Part shown: positions 31,528 through 41,819 of the stretch, one piece after another
Numbering within the stretch: position 1 is the first letter of the stretch
Layout: each line of letters starts with the position of its first letter
Assembly: GCA_963813715.1 (NCBI GenBank)
Contig: CAWFAK010000017.1
Location: 256,001-320,000, forward strand
DNA length: 64,000 nt
Reading direction: 5' to 3'
Origin: an uncultured Planctomycetaceae bacterium
GTDB lineage: Bacteria > Planctomycetota > Planctomycetia > Planctomycetales > Planctomycetaceae
Translations under genes and position numbers: made by a program
Notes under the pieces: generated by a model
The model's input: the letters and a program-made list of their open reading frames with translations, nothing else
Told to the model about the DNA's origin: nothing
The model's database searches: none

Positions 31528-33072
31528 ATGTCGCTCAATCTTGCGTCGCTCCTCAGGAATTCGGCCGCCGCCACGCCGAACTTGACCGCCACGATCGACG
31601 ATGCGGGGCAGCTGACGTTCGCCGAGCTCGACGAAGCCGCGCGACGGTTTGCCGGCGAACTCCGGGCGAGCGGCGTCAAACCGGGCGACCGCGTGGCGCT
31701 GATGGTGCCGAACCTCCCCGGCTTCACGATCGCCTATTTCGGAACGCTTTACGCCGGCTGCGTCGTCGTGCCGCTCAACACGTTGCTCGTTGCGAATGAG
31801 GTCGCCTTTCAACTGGAGGACAGCGAGGCCCGCGCTCTGGTAGTGCATCCGCAAACCGCGGCCGTTGCGATTGAGGCAGCCGAGCGCGTTCCCGGCTGCG
31901 GACAGATTTACACGATTGGCTTCAGCCCCGCCGCTGCGCTGCCCGCCGACGCGAAACGATTTGAAGAAGTGATTCACTCGGCCCCCGTGTGCGACCTGGC
32001 TCAAACTGCCGGCGACGACACGGCCGTGATCCTCTACACCAGCGGCACGACGGGCAAACCGAAAGGCGCCGAGTTGACACACCTGGGCTTGTACTACAAC
32101 GCCCAGCTCGTGGCCGAACGCAACTTCGGCCGCTGGCCCGATCGGATTGTCATCCTGCAGCCGGGCGACGTCGGGCTGGCATCGCTCCCGCTGTACCACG
32201 CATTCGGCCAAACGAACATCCAAAACGCCCTGCTCTTTGCCGGCGGCGCCGTTTCGTACCAATTGCGGTTCTGTCCGAGAGATGCGGCCGCGCGGATCGC
32301 TCGCGACCGCGTCACGTTCTTCGCCGGCGTCCCCACGATGTTCATCGCTTTGCTCAACGATCCGGATGTCTCCCCCGAGCAGCTGGCATCACTCAAGTAT
32401 TGCCTTTCGGGTGGCGCCGCCCTGCCCGTCGAAGTGAAGCAACAATTCACCCAGCGTTTCGGCCTGGCCGTACAGGAAGGCTACGGGCTCACCGAGACCT
32501 CGCCCTTGGCCTGTATCCAACAAATCGACGAAGCCGCCAAGGCGGGCGCCATCGGCAAACCGGCCTTCGGCGTCGAAATGAAAATTTTCGACGAGCATGA
32601 CCGCGAATTGCCCCGCGGCGAGCGCGGCGAAATCGTCATCCGCGGCCACAACATTATGAAAGGCTATTTCAAACGCCCCGAGGCGACGGCGGCGGCCCTC
32701 CGCAGTGGCTGGTTTCATTCGGGCGACATCGGCTACGTGGACGAGGACGGCGACTTCGTCATCGTCGATCGCAAAAAGGATCTGATCATCCGCGGCGGCT
32801 ACAACGTCTATCCGCGCGAAGTCGAAGAGGCGCTCTACGCGCATCCCGCCGTCGCGGAAGCCGCCGTCATCGGCGTCCCCGACGCGCGGCTGGGCGAAGA
32901 GGTCAAGGCGGTCATTGCGTTTCGGCCGGGCATGTCGGCCACGGCCGAGCAAATCGTGCAACATTGCAAAACGTTGGTCGCAGCCTATAAGTATCCGCGA
33001 ATTGTCACAATCTTGGACGCGCTCCCCAAAGGTCCCACCGGCAAGATCCTCAAGCGAGCCCTCCGCGAATAA
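31528..33072 (+). CDS. Long-chain fatty acid--CoA ligase
   Basis: YTSGTTGKPKG, EGYGLTE, GWFHSGD, DRKKDLIIRGG, PKGPTGK. Confidence 0.95.
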   Translation: MSLNLASLLRNSAAATPNLTATIDDAGQLTFAELDEAARRFAGELRASGVKPGDRVALMVPNLPGFTIAYFGTLYAGCVVVPLNTLLVANEVAFQLEDSEARALVVHPQTAAVAIEAAERVPGCGQIYTIGFSPAAALPADAKRFEEVIHSAPVCDLAQTAGDDTAVILYTSGTTGKPKGAELTHLGLYYNAQLVAERNFGRWPDRIVILQPGDVGLASLPLYHAFGQTNIQNALLFAGGAVSYQLRFCPRDAAARIARDRVTFFAGVPTMFIALLNDPDVSPEQLASLKYCLSGGAALPVEVKQQFTQRFGLAVQEGYGLTETSPLACIQQIDEAAKAGAIGKPAFGVEMKIFDEHDRELPRGERGEIVIRGHNIMKGYFKRPEATAAALRSGWFHSGDIGYVDEDGDFVIVDRKKDLIIRGGYNVYPREVEEALYAHPAVAEAAVIGVPDARLGEEVKAVIAFRPGMSATAEQIVQHCKTLVAAYKYPRIVTILDALPKGPTGKILKRALRE

Positions 33073-33075
33073 CCG

Positions 33076-33891
33076 TTATCCCGTGGCGCGCGGCATCGCG
33101 TTCGACTCGGCGGCGACCGTCGGTCGTTCGGCGCAGACCGCATCAGGCGCGTAAGTCACGCCGCCCAATTCCGCGAGACGCCGCATCAAGAGGTCGGTGA
33201 CCTCCCGCAGCAGCGTCCGCGTGCGCTTGCAATCGTAGTAAGCCGAAAGATCGATCGGGTCGCCGTAGATCACCGACACGCGGCTGCGGGTGTAAAACGG
33301 GGCGACCATGTCGTCGCCGCCCCTCGGCGAGTCGCGCAGATAGACGGGAAAGACCGGCACTTGCGCATGCAGCGCCAGCCAGGCGATGCCCGTGTCCCCT
33401 TCGCGCAGGGCCGTTCCGTCGTTGATGCCGCCTTCCGGAAAGACGCCGATCAGATCGCCCTGGCGCAGCCGCTCGAGCGCCGCGCGCGCGGGTCCCATGT
33501 CTTTGCCCTCGCGGTTGACGGCGATGCACTGCATGGCGCGGCCGATCCAAGTCAGTCCGGGGATCTCGTAGTACTCGCGAGCCATCAGGAACCCGATCAC
33601 CCGGCACCGGCGGGCTCCCGATTGCTCGCCCAGATGGTTGTTCATCCAGATGAGGAGCGGATCGACGGGGCTGCGATGGTTGGCCAGGACCAAGCCGCCC
33701 CCTTTGGCCGGAAACGGACAGCGCCGGTTGGCCCGCCAGTGGAACATGAACGGCACGTAAAGCCGCTCCAGCCCCCACAGGAACCATGTGCTGGGCTCGA
33801 AGTTCGAGCGGCGAAACCGCCAGACGCCGATCCCGACGCCGATGGCCAGATAAATCAAAAGGACCAGCTTTGCGGAACTGTCCGGCGTCAT
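33076..33891 (-). CDS. Lysophospholipid acyltransferase (PlsC-like)
   Basis: NHRSPVD (HxxxxD) and FPEG motifs; N-terminal TM helix. Confidence 0.9.
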   Translation of the reverse strand: MTPDSSAKLVLLIYLAIGVGIGVWRFRRSNFEPSTWFLWGLERLYVPFMFHWRANRRCPFPAKGGGLVLANHRSPVDPLLIWMNNHLGEQSGARRCRVIGFLMAREYYEIPGLTWIGRAMQCIAVNREGKDMGPARAALERLRQGDLIGVFPEGGINDGTALREGDTGIAWLALHAQVPVFPVYLRDSPRGGDDMVAPFYTRSRVSVIYGDPIDLSAYYDCKRTRTLLREVTDLLMRRLAELGGVTYAPDAVCAERPTVAAESNAMPRATG

Positions 33892-34186
33892 TTTGCACCG
33901 AAGATTCCGAACGTAATGTCGAATGACAAGAGAAAGGCCCGTGACACTGCCAGTTTAGCGCGGAAGCCACAAATCGGGCAACGGCGTTTTCGCGACCCGC
34001 GCTGCCACTCATCCGGTGCCCTCCGCCCGAGCGAAGCGCACAGCCGGCGCAAATGTCACGCCCGGCGGTGACCCGGGTTCGGCACCTTTGTTGTGCCGCG
34101 GATTTCTTCGCCATGTTGCCGAAACGCATCCTAGGTTTGGGGTAGCCAGAGGTTTTCTGCCCGCTGGACCCCGAAGGAGTGTGGCC

Positions 34187-34696
34187 ATGCAAGTGATGGT
34201 CGAAGACGTCATGACGCGTTGCCCGGTGGCCGTTTCATCGCAAGCCACCATCGACGAAGTCCTCAATACCCTGGTTGCCGAAGGATTGGCGTGCGTCTAT
34301 GTCACGAATCCCGAGAATCGCCTGGCGGGCATCTTGACCGATTACGACGTGCTCAAACACCAGGTTCTGGGCGGCGACCGGAAGGCGACGGCCGAGACCC
34401 TGATGACCCGCAGCGTGCCGACCGTTCATCCCAACGAGAGCGCGGTCGCGCTGTGCCCCAAGTTCCGCGACGGATCGTTCGCCCGGATGGCCGTGGTCGA
34501 TGACGAGGGCCATTTGATCGGCAACTTGAGCCGTCGCGAGCTGATGCGGATGATGCTGGCCATGGAGCAGGTCGAGCCGCAGGACGCCGCACCGTCCGCG
34601 TCGACGTCCGCCGCTTCCGCCCGGAACGACTCGACCCGCCTCGTTCCCGCGCCGCGTGGCGTCCAGCTGGCGCGTAAGTCGCTCGCGACCGTTTAG
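34187..34696 (+). CDS. CBS-domain pair protein
   Basis: AAGGAG RBS; VEDVMT...LAGILTDYD...LMTRSV...VVDDEGHLIG. Confidence 0.88.
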   Translation: MQVMVEDVMTRCPVAVSSQATIDEVLNTLVAEGLACVYVTNPENRLAGILTDYDVLKHQVLGGDRKATAETLMTRSVPTVHPNESAVALCPKFRDGSFARMAVVDDEGHLIGNLSRRELMRMMLAMEQVEPQDAAPSASTSAASARNDSTRLVPAPRGVQLARKSLATV

Positions 34697-34876
34697 AGCG
34701 AACAAACGCTCCGGCGTGCGAGTTTGGCAGCGTCTGACGGGCCCCAAAGCCCGCTGATCGCGCCACCCGAAATCACCGCTATCGAGCGGCCTGCGAGCGT
34801 TTGACGGCGCTTCCCCGCGGGGATACGATCGCGCTCGCTTCGGGAACTCGATTTTCCCCGGAAGGATCGACCGCTC

Positions 34877-36479
34877 ATGGCTTCCCCCTCGCCCGCGTCG
34901 ACTCGCAAGCGGGCCCTGATCAGCGTCAGCGATAAAACGGGCCTGGCCGCGTTCGCCCAGGGGCTCGTGCAGCTCGGTTTCGAGATCGTGTCGACCGGCG
35001 GCACGCGGCGTTTCCTCGAAGAAAATCGCATCCCCGTCGTCGACATTTCGGCCTACACGGGCTTTCCGGAAATCATGGAGGGGCGGGTCAAAACGCTGCA
35101 TCCCAAGGTCCACGGCGCGATCCTCGGACGTCCAACCGAACCCGGCGACGCGGCAGCGATTCGCGAGCACGGCATCATTCCCTTCCAGGTCGTCGTCTGT
35201 AACCTCTATCCGTTCGAGAAAACGGTCGCCCAGAGCGAACGTCACGTTCGACGAGGCCATCGAGCAGATCGACGTCGGCGGGCCGAGCATGGTCCGGGCT
35301 GCGGCGAAGAACCATGCCCACGTGGCGGTTGTCACCGATCCGCGGCAATACTCGCGCGTGCTCGAGGCGTTGCGCGGCGGCAGCCTGTCGTCCGAGTTGC
35401 GACGCGAGCTGGCTTGGACGGCCTTCGAACGAACCGCCGCCTACGATCGGGCAATCGCCAACTGGATGAGCACGCAGGTCACCGGGGGCGAATCCAACGC
35501 CAAATTCCCCGAACGACTGACGGTGGAGCTCGTCCGCAATGCTGTGTTGCGCTACGGCGAAAATCCACACCAAACGGCTGCTTTTTACCGCGCCTCCGAC
35601 GCCGGGCCGTCCACGCTGGCACGGGCCGAGATCCTGCACGGCAAGGAACTCTCGTACAACAACCTGCTCGACCTCGACGCGGCCCTCGCCATCGTCCGCG
35701 AGTTCGACCAACCGGCCGTCGTGATCATCAAGCACAACAATCCGTGCGGCTGCGGAGTCGGCGATACGCTGGCCGCCGCCTTCACCAAGGCGTACGAAGG
35801 CGATCCGGTGAGCGCCTTTGGGTCGATCGTGGGGGTCAATCGCCCGCTCGATTTGGCCACGGTCGAGCAGATGTGCGAGCCGGACCGCTTCGTCGAGGCC
35901 GTCATCGCTCCCGACTACGAAGCCGACGCCTACAAAGCACTGACGACGCAGCCCAAGTGGGCCAAGAGCGTGCGTCTGCTCAAATGCCCCGCGCTGGGCG
36001 AATCGCGGGCCGCCACGCTCGAGGTCCGCTCGATCTCCGGCGGGGCGCTCGTGCAGGACCGCGACGAAACCGATCGCACAGGCCGCGGCGAAACGGAGTG
36101 GAACGTCGCCACGCAGATTGCACCGTCGGCCGAGCAATTGGCCGATCTCAAGTTCGCCTGGATCGTCGCCAAACATGTCAAATCGAACGCGATCGTGCTG
36201 GCCCGCGACGGAGCAGTCGTCGGCGTCGGCGCCGGACAAATGAGCCGGGTCGATTCCGTCCGCCTGGCGGCTGAAAAGGCGGAAAAGCGCAGCCGCGGCG
36301 CGGTCATGGCGTCCGATGCCTTTTTCCCTTTCCGTGACGGCATCGACGTCGCTGCCCGCTTCGGCATTGCGGCCGTGATTCAGCCCGGCGGCTCGCGTAA
36401 CGACGCCCAAGTCATTGCTGCCTGCACCGAGCACGGCATGCCGATGATCTTCACTGGTCGCCGGCACTTTCGGCACTAA
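34877..36479 (+). CDS. purH: Bifunctional AICAR transformylase/IMP cyclohydrolase (frameshift, extra C near 35230)
   Basis: [68 protein letters not shown]. Confidence 0.97.
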
Positions 36480-36841
36480 CATCCTTCGCGGCACGCTCCG
36501 CGTCGGCTTGTCCTTGATGAAAGCAGGTCGCCCTTTCGGTGCGCAAAATGCCCGTGCAGCGGCCGGCGTGGCTCGCATCCGACTCCCGCCCCCGCCCCTC
36601 TCGGACCAGTCGCTCTCGATTTTCCGGCCGTGCTGATGCGTCCGGTTTTGAAGGTTTTCCCGTTGGCGCCTCGCCGAACTGCCGCCTCGAGATTTTCTGG
36701 GTGCCGACGGGTCCATTCGGGGAAACCCTGCGCTTGAGGCAAAATGGCGAGCTATTGTCTGAGTGTGACTTCAACCCGATCGACCCGCAGCAACGACCAC
36801 GCCCGTTTTGGCCTTTAACCGCCCTTTCGGACCCTCCGCCG

Positions 36842-37225
36842 ATGCTTGCAACCCAATCTCAGCCGACCTTTGTCGATTTCCTGACGAATCGCCTGGCACT
36901 TGCCGAGCATGACCTGCCGGTCCCCGGTGAGTGGGCCGACGCCGGCAACACCATCGGCATGCTCGCCCTGCGGATGAACCTGCTCTCCGTCGAGCAGATC
37001 GACCACATCCTCGAAATGCAGGAGCGGGAAGGAAACATCCGACGGTTCGGCGAACTGGCCGAGTCGCTCGGACTCCTGAGCCATTCGCAGGTCGCCCGGC
37101 TCCTGGCCGTGCAAACGCTCAACCGCGAGCTGGAATTGGGCGAGCGGCTGGTGATGGAAGGCCGCCTGGAAATCGGCGACCTGGTCAAGCACTTGAGCCA
37201 ATTCATTAACGGCAAGAACGCCTAA
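36842..37225 (+). CDS. Small protein made of MshEN-like helical repeats
   Basis: TIGMLALRMNLLSVEQIDHILEMQ, RFGELAESLGLLSHSQVARLLAVQ and ELGERLVMEGRL. Confidence 0.7.
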   Translation: MLATQSQPTFVDFLTNRLALAEHDLPVPGEWADAGNTIGMLALRMNLLSVEQIDHILEMQEREGNIRRFGELAESLGLLSHSQVARLLAVQTLNRELELGERLVMEGRLEIGDLVKHLSQFINGKNA

Positions 37226-37271
37226 GCTGCCGTTCGATTCGAAAATTATCGCGGCCGCGCGAAGCCTGGCT

Positions 37272-38126
37272 TCACGCGGCTTTCGCGTTTGAGGACCGGT
37301 CGAGGCGATCGTCGCTCGCCAGGTCCTGGATCCACTCGCTGCACAAGAGCCGCGCGACTTTGTGCTCGGTCTGCTTCTGCTTCCGAGCGTGCCGCAGCCG
37401 TTTCTCTGGCGCGATGGCCGCCGTCCCGTGGGCGACGTGGAACACGCTCTGCGCCATCTCCCTCACGGAAAAGACGGGCGTTTGATAGCCGGCATCCCAG
37501 AGCTGCCGAGAGATGGAATAGCCGCCGCCCGTGTAGCCGTTAATGCCGCGAAACGTCAGCCCGTGTTCGCGAACGACGCGGCTGCGATACATCGCGCAGT
37601 AATCGCGAGGATAGTTTTGGACCTGCCACTTCACCGCCTTGCCCAGCCCGACCCACGACCGGGCTTTCGCCCCCGCGAACCCCACGACCCGCTTTTGCCA
37701 GGCGTAGAACGGATTCTCCAGATCGAGCTTCCACGAGCCGCTCGCCGCGTTGCTGCGGGCTGCGATCGATTTCCCGCAATCAGCGGGTCGAGCCAGCCGT
37801 CTCGCCGCACGAACACGTCCGAGTGCATCGTGACGTAGTACTCGCCCGTCGCTTCCGACCAGGCCGCGGTCCCACGCCGTGAAAACGTTTTCGGGCCAGT
37901 TCGTGTGCACTTCCTGCGGCCGCTCGATCAGACGAATCCAGTCGAGCGAACGCAGATAGCCGAGGCTGGCGTCCCGCGAGCCGTTGTCGACGACGATCAC
38001 TTCGAGCGCGTACTTCTGCGAGTGCCGGCGGATCGAGCGGAGGCACAGCTTGATGAACAGCTCGGCCTGCCAGTGCGGAATGCAGATCGTCACGGTCGGA
38101 GCAGACGCGGAGCGACCGGAAGTCAT
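37272..38126 (-). CDS. Glycosyltransferase family 2 (compensating frameshifts at about 37760-37860)
   Basis: TICIPHW and VIVVDNGSRD; the DxD-like EYYVTMHSDVFV segment lies in another frame. Confidence 0.82.
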   Translation of the reverse strand: MTSGRSASAPTVTICIPHWQAELFIKLCLRSIRRHSQKYALEVIVVDNGSRDASLGYLRSLDWIRLIERPQEVHTNWPENVFTAWDRGLVGSDGRVLRHDALGRVRAARRLARPADCGKSIAARSNAASGSWKLDLENPFYAWQKRVVGFAGAKARSWVGLGKAVKWQVQNYPRDYCAMYRSRVVREHGLTFRGINGYTGGGYSISRQLWDAGYQTPVFSVREMAQSVFHVAHGTAAIAPEKRLRHARKQKQTEHKVARLLCSEWIQDLASDDRLDRSSNAKAA

Positions 38127-38716
38127 CGGAGGATTTCCAGGGGACGAGCGGCCAGCTTGTCGTGATGCTCGTCGGAGAATTTCTGCAGGTTCTTGCCGAA
38201 GGCGTGCACGTGCACGTTGTCTTTCGTATGGCCGAACCAAGGCTGCGTGTTGAGCGAATCCTCGGCCGTCTTGTGCCGGTAAATCACGTCGTACGCGGTC
38301 AGCAGCATCGCCGTGCGGGTGACGCCGTGCTGGCAGTGCACCAGCATCGGATAGTTGTTCGGATCGGCCAGAATGTCGAGGTGCTGCTGCCACGCCTGCG
38401 GATCGAAATCAACCGAGTTCGGCAGCGGCACCGCGTGCAAGATCGCCCCGGCCGAGGCCACGGCCTTTCGCTCACCTTCCCACAACTCGGGCGTCATCTC
38501 GTCCGGATTACACAGATTCACGACGGAGCGAATCTGGTACGTCTCGATGAGCTGGCCCAACGCGTCTGGGCCGAGAAACGCCGAGCGATAAACCATCCCC
38601 GGATCGTGGACGGCGAAGTGCTTGAAGCGATGCGTCTGGTGATAAATCCAACCGCCCGAAGCGGCGGCCGCGGCGATCACCACCACCACGAACGCGATCT
38701 GTCGACTGCGAGTCAT
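38123..38716 (-). CDS. Membrane-anchored protein-tyrosine/dual-specificity phosphatase-like protein
   Basis: VYRSA, SVVNL and P-loop VHCQHGVTRT (CX5R). Confidence 0.88.
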   Translation of the reverse strand: MTRSRQIAFVVVVIAAAAASGGWIYHQTHRFKHFAVHDPGMVYRSAFLGPDALGQLIETYQIRSVVNLCNPDEMTPELWEGERKAVASAGAILHAVPLPNSVDFDPQAWQQHLDILADPNNYPMLVHCQHGVTRTAMLLTAYDVIYRHKTAEDSLNTQPWFGHTKDNVHVHAFGKNLQKFSDEHHDKLAARPLEILR

Positions 38717-39010
38717 TCGCCAAGTCCCAGTTGCACTGTTCCGCTGAGCAAGCGCCTCAGGCGCCCCGGAAGGCGGCGAAATCTAGTGCAACCAGTCAAT
38801 CCGGTCAACGGCAGGCAGGGGCACGCCCCTGCACCCGGTGCGGCCTGCGCTTCGCGGGCCGCGGTTGGCCGGGGACCGATTGAATGCCGGGCTCGCTTGG
38901 CGTTTGGCAGTCTAACAAGGGGGTGGTGGGAGCTTGTCCGCCAAGTGGGGCCTGGCGGATTCGACTTGACGGAGCCTCGGGGTCGATTGGCCGATGTGTC
39001 CCGATTTGAA

Positions 39011-39230
39011 TCAATCCCGTCCCGTCAATCCGGTCCCGCTTTCAATTCAATCCCGTCCCAATTCAGCTTTCTCTGTAACTCCTGATTGAAGTTGGCTTTC
39101 GAGATTGGCCCGACTTTCGAGTCCCAGTCCGGCGTTCAGTCCCGTCCCCATCTTTCAGTCCGAGTCCCAATGTTCGTGTCCCAGTCCCCGACGTTGGAGT
39201 CCCGTCCCGATTTCGATTCAATCCGGTCCC
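39011..39230. repeat. Degenerate TCCCGTCCC repeat tract containing copy 1 (39040-39085) of a 46-bp direct repeat
   Basis: About nine variants of (A/G)TCC(C/G)GTCCC, spaced 18-22 nt apart in 39118-39230. Confidence 0.85.
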
Positions 39231-39284
39231 ATTCGCCGCGGCCCTCTTTGGTCGAGGCCGGGAATTGGCAGGTAAGGTTCGGCA

Positions 39285-39530
39285 TCAGTCGGTCATCCGA
39301 TGCCAGAGCGCGAGATACCAGCCCACGAACGCATTAGTCTTTGTTGACCTGTCGCAGAAAAAACGAAGTGGGCTGTACGTCACTCGCAGTGCCGCTTGGA
39401 GCCGCGGGTAGTCACCGCATCGCCGATAAATGCAATCCAACGGACCGACCGCGAGCGGATACATCGCAATCACGAGCGCGAGTCCCAACCCAAACCACGC
39501 CCGCGACCGTTTGCTCGGCTCATCGCTCAT
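39285..39530 (-). CDS. Small membrane protein between the two repeat tracts
   Basis: 81 aa; TM helix then MYPLAVGP...YSPL...WYLALW, a pattern recalled from small planctomycete proteins. Confidence 0.7.
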   Translation of the reverse strand: MSDEPSKRSRAWFGLGLALVIAMYPLAVGPLDCIYRRCGDYPRLQAALRVTYSPLRFFCDRSTKTNAFVGWYLALWHRMTD

Positions 39531-39570
39531 GCCGACATCCCAGCGGGGACAATTTCCAACTCGAGCCGCC

Positions 39571-39724
39571 CGAGTCCCAATTTTCAATTCAATCCCGTCC
39601 CAATTCAGCTATCTCCGTAACTCCTGAGCGAACGCGGCATTGGAGTGTTCCCGAGTTTCGAGTCCCAATACTGCATTCGAGTCCCGTCCCACTATTAGCG
39701 TCCCGTTGGTGAAGTCCCGTCCCA
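39571..39724. repeat. Second TCCCGTCCC repeat tract containing copy 2 (39582-39627) of the 46-bp direct repeat
   Basis: TTTCAATTCAATCCCGTCCCAATTCAGCTwTCTCyGTAACTCCTGA, 44/46 identical to 39040-39085. Confidence 0.88.
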
Positions 39725-40046
39725 ATCTCGGACGCTCAACCGGCCATTCTGTTCGCCGTCAGGGTTGGACAGAGTCTGGACAGCACGAGCTGGACGGACG
39801 CCGAATTCTCCGCACACGGCACTCGGAGCGACTTCCGAGTGCGCACCAAGATCCATTGTGCACGAACCGGCTTTGCCAGCCAGATCAGTTTTCCAACCGC
39901 GTAGAAACAACTTCCGAAAGTCCAACCGTGGTCGTGGGGAACGTCTTGGTCTCCCCAATTCGGTAATGTCTGTCGAAAATCCAAGTGATATGCCGCCTCG
40001 GCCGGCGCCTGTTGGTTGGCAATCACCACGAAACAGGAGTCAGCCG

Positions 40047-40347
40047 ATGGCCATGATGATCGCGGTTGAGCGCCACGAGAGTGTCCGATTCCGAGGTTCC
40101 CTCGACGACCCCCGCCCCGAGTACCTGGCACATGATTGGCGGAACTTTGTTGGGCGGCGTGGGGGTCGGTTCGGTGGCCGTCATCGATGCTTTGCTGCTG
40201 GACCTGGCCCGCAGTCCGGCTCGGTTCTCGATCGTCGCGGAGCTGCGGCGCTCCGTTGCGTCGCCCGTCCTGGCGTACTTCGTGGTGATCGGCTCGTTAC
40301 TGGGCTCGCTTTTCGGCTTAGCTTATCGGCAGTCTGTCGAGTCTTAG
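40047..40347 (+). CDS. Small two-TM membrane protein (probable frameshift near the N-terminus)
   Basis: AGGAG RBS and ATG at 40047; the hydrophobic helices lie in ORF 40066-40347. Confidence 0.55.
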
Positions 40348-40371
40348 CGTGACGGCTAGCGTCGGGTTTCC

Positions 40372-40467
40372 GTAGGGCAAGCTGCCAGCTTGCCCGCCGA
40401 GCACGACTCCCGCGATGCCACGGCCCATTGAAAGCAAAGTTATGGACAAGCTGGCAGCTTGTCCTAC
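40372..40467. repeat. GTAG-type REP doublet (REPIN-like) 1
   Basis: GTAGGGCAAGCTGCCAGCTTGCCC at 40372-40395 and inverted copy GTAGGACAAGCTGCCAGCTTGTCC at 40467-40444. Confidence 0.88.
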
Positions 40468-41466
40468 GGCCTCGCGAACTCGTTGGTTGATTCATTCCCG
40501 GCAAGCGGCGGGTGCGAGGCAGCCGAATCTTCGCCTTTCTCGCCGGCGTCAAGCGGCTCGAGCGACTTCTGCCAAAAGCCAGCCTCTGCCTTCAGGTCGT
40601 GCTCTTTGGCGAATTCGACAAGTGACTTGTAGCGCTTGATCGGGTCGGCGTGGCACGCCCACCAGACCTTTTGCACGCACTCGGGGCACAGCCACATCGG
40701 CACAGGTCCGCTTCGTCCAATGAGTTCGATCCGTTCATCGTGCACTCGTAGGCGGTGCAGTGCTGGATGCCCAGCATGTGCCCCGTCTCGTGGACGGCGA
40801 CGAGAAAAGTGCGACGGTAAACCAGCCCGCTCATTTGCGGATTTTCCAGATTGCCGTAGCGGGCGATTGACCAGACGCCGACGCGGTCCGAGAGACTCGC
40901 TTGGCCGAAAACGAAATTCCAGCCCTCGCCGGGCCACAGGTCGGACGTCGTCAATCCGAGCACCGCCACGGCATCCTTTGGCCGTCGCGGTTTGAGCACC
41001 TGGTCGAGCACGTAGCTTGTGAGAATCTGTTCGCGAATGCCTTCGATGCGACGCGCTTTTGGCGGAATGACGTCGAGGCTGCAGCGGCGCAGAACCTTGG
41101 TGCGCAGTTGTAGTAGCGCCGGCAGGTCGGCCGTGGCTTTCGTCAATCGGCACGGTTCCGCCGGCGTGAATTCGCCGATCGGTTGCACGTAGATCGTCGT
41201 ACGACGCTGCGTGGGGCGGTTCGGATTCGATCGCCGATATTCGTCGGCCGTCTGTCCGTTCTCATGATGATTCGCCAGCCAATCCTGCGGGCCTGGTGCG
41301 GTCTTGGTCCGATGCAGCGGGACCAGTTTTTCCGCGGCGATCCGAATGCGTTCGGCATCTGCTCGAACATTGCCGCGGCGTCGGTCGAGAGTCCGTGGCC
41401 GCTGATCAGCCCGAGGCAACAGGCTCCCGCCCAGAAGCAGACCCGTCTGCGCATGATCGTCGTCAT
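40464..41466 (-). CDS. Archaemetzincin (M54) zinc metalloprotease, several frameshifts
   Basis: PGPQDWLANHHENGQT, DLWPGEGWNFVFGQAS, HETGHMLGIQHC...CTMNGSNS and LCPEC; signal peptide in ORF 41143-41490. Confidence 0.88.
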
Positions 41467-41536
41467 GGGGTTGCCCTGCCCTTGCCTCAAGCCTCACTTG
41501 ATCGCGATCCGTCCTTTGAATGCTACGCGAAACCCC

Positions 41537-41633
41537 GTAGGCAAGCTGCCAGCTTGCCCCCTGATCTCCAGTTCCCTAGTCCAAAGGTATCTGAAACCCG
41601 AGACGGGAGGGGCAAGCTGGCAGTTTGCCCTAC
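41537..41633. repeat. GTAG-type REP doublet (REPIN-like) 2
   Basis: GTAGGCAAGCTGCCAGCTTGCCC at 41537-41559 and inverted GGGCAAGCTGGCAGTTTGCCCTAC at 41610-41633. Confidence 0.88.
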
Positions 41634-41819
41634 AGGCGGACACCGAACCCGCAAGGACCCTGGTAAGACTTCCGCGCACCGGCGCGGGGGTTTGAAGCAA
41701 AGCCGGGTCGCCCACTGTCGCGTTTTATCGGCCCCTCTTTTGGATACTCCGAGACACCTGATTTGTTCACGCCTTTTTTCCCCGAAAGCATCGCGCATGA
41801 CGGTTTTTGTGCACTCAGC

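Noticed and set aside
34877..36479. Programmed frameshifting or pseudogenisation of purH
   Set aside because: A single extra C in a homopolymer with no slippery-site signal; indels are genome-wide here.
38947..38965. tmRNA-like 5' end GGGGCCTGGCGGATTCGAC
   Set aside because: No matching T-arm and acceptor 3' end at the expected distance.
39011..39724. CRISPR array
   Set aside because: Only two long repeats 542 bp apart; the short motifs are degenerate with no regular unique spacers; no cas genes.
39695..39970. Possible second cassette ORF on the minus strand
   Set aside because: No frame gives a recognisable protein or a convincing start.
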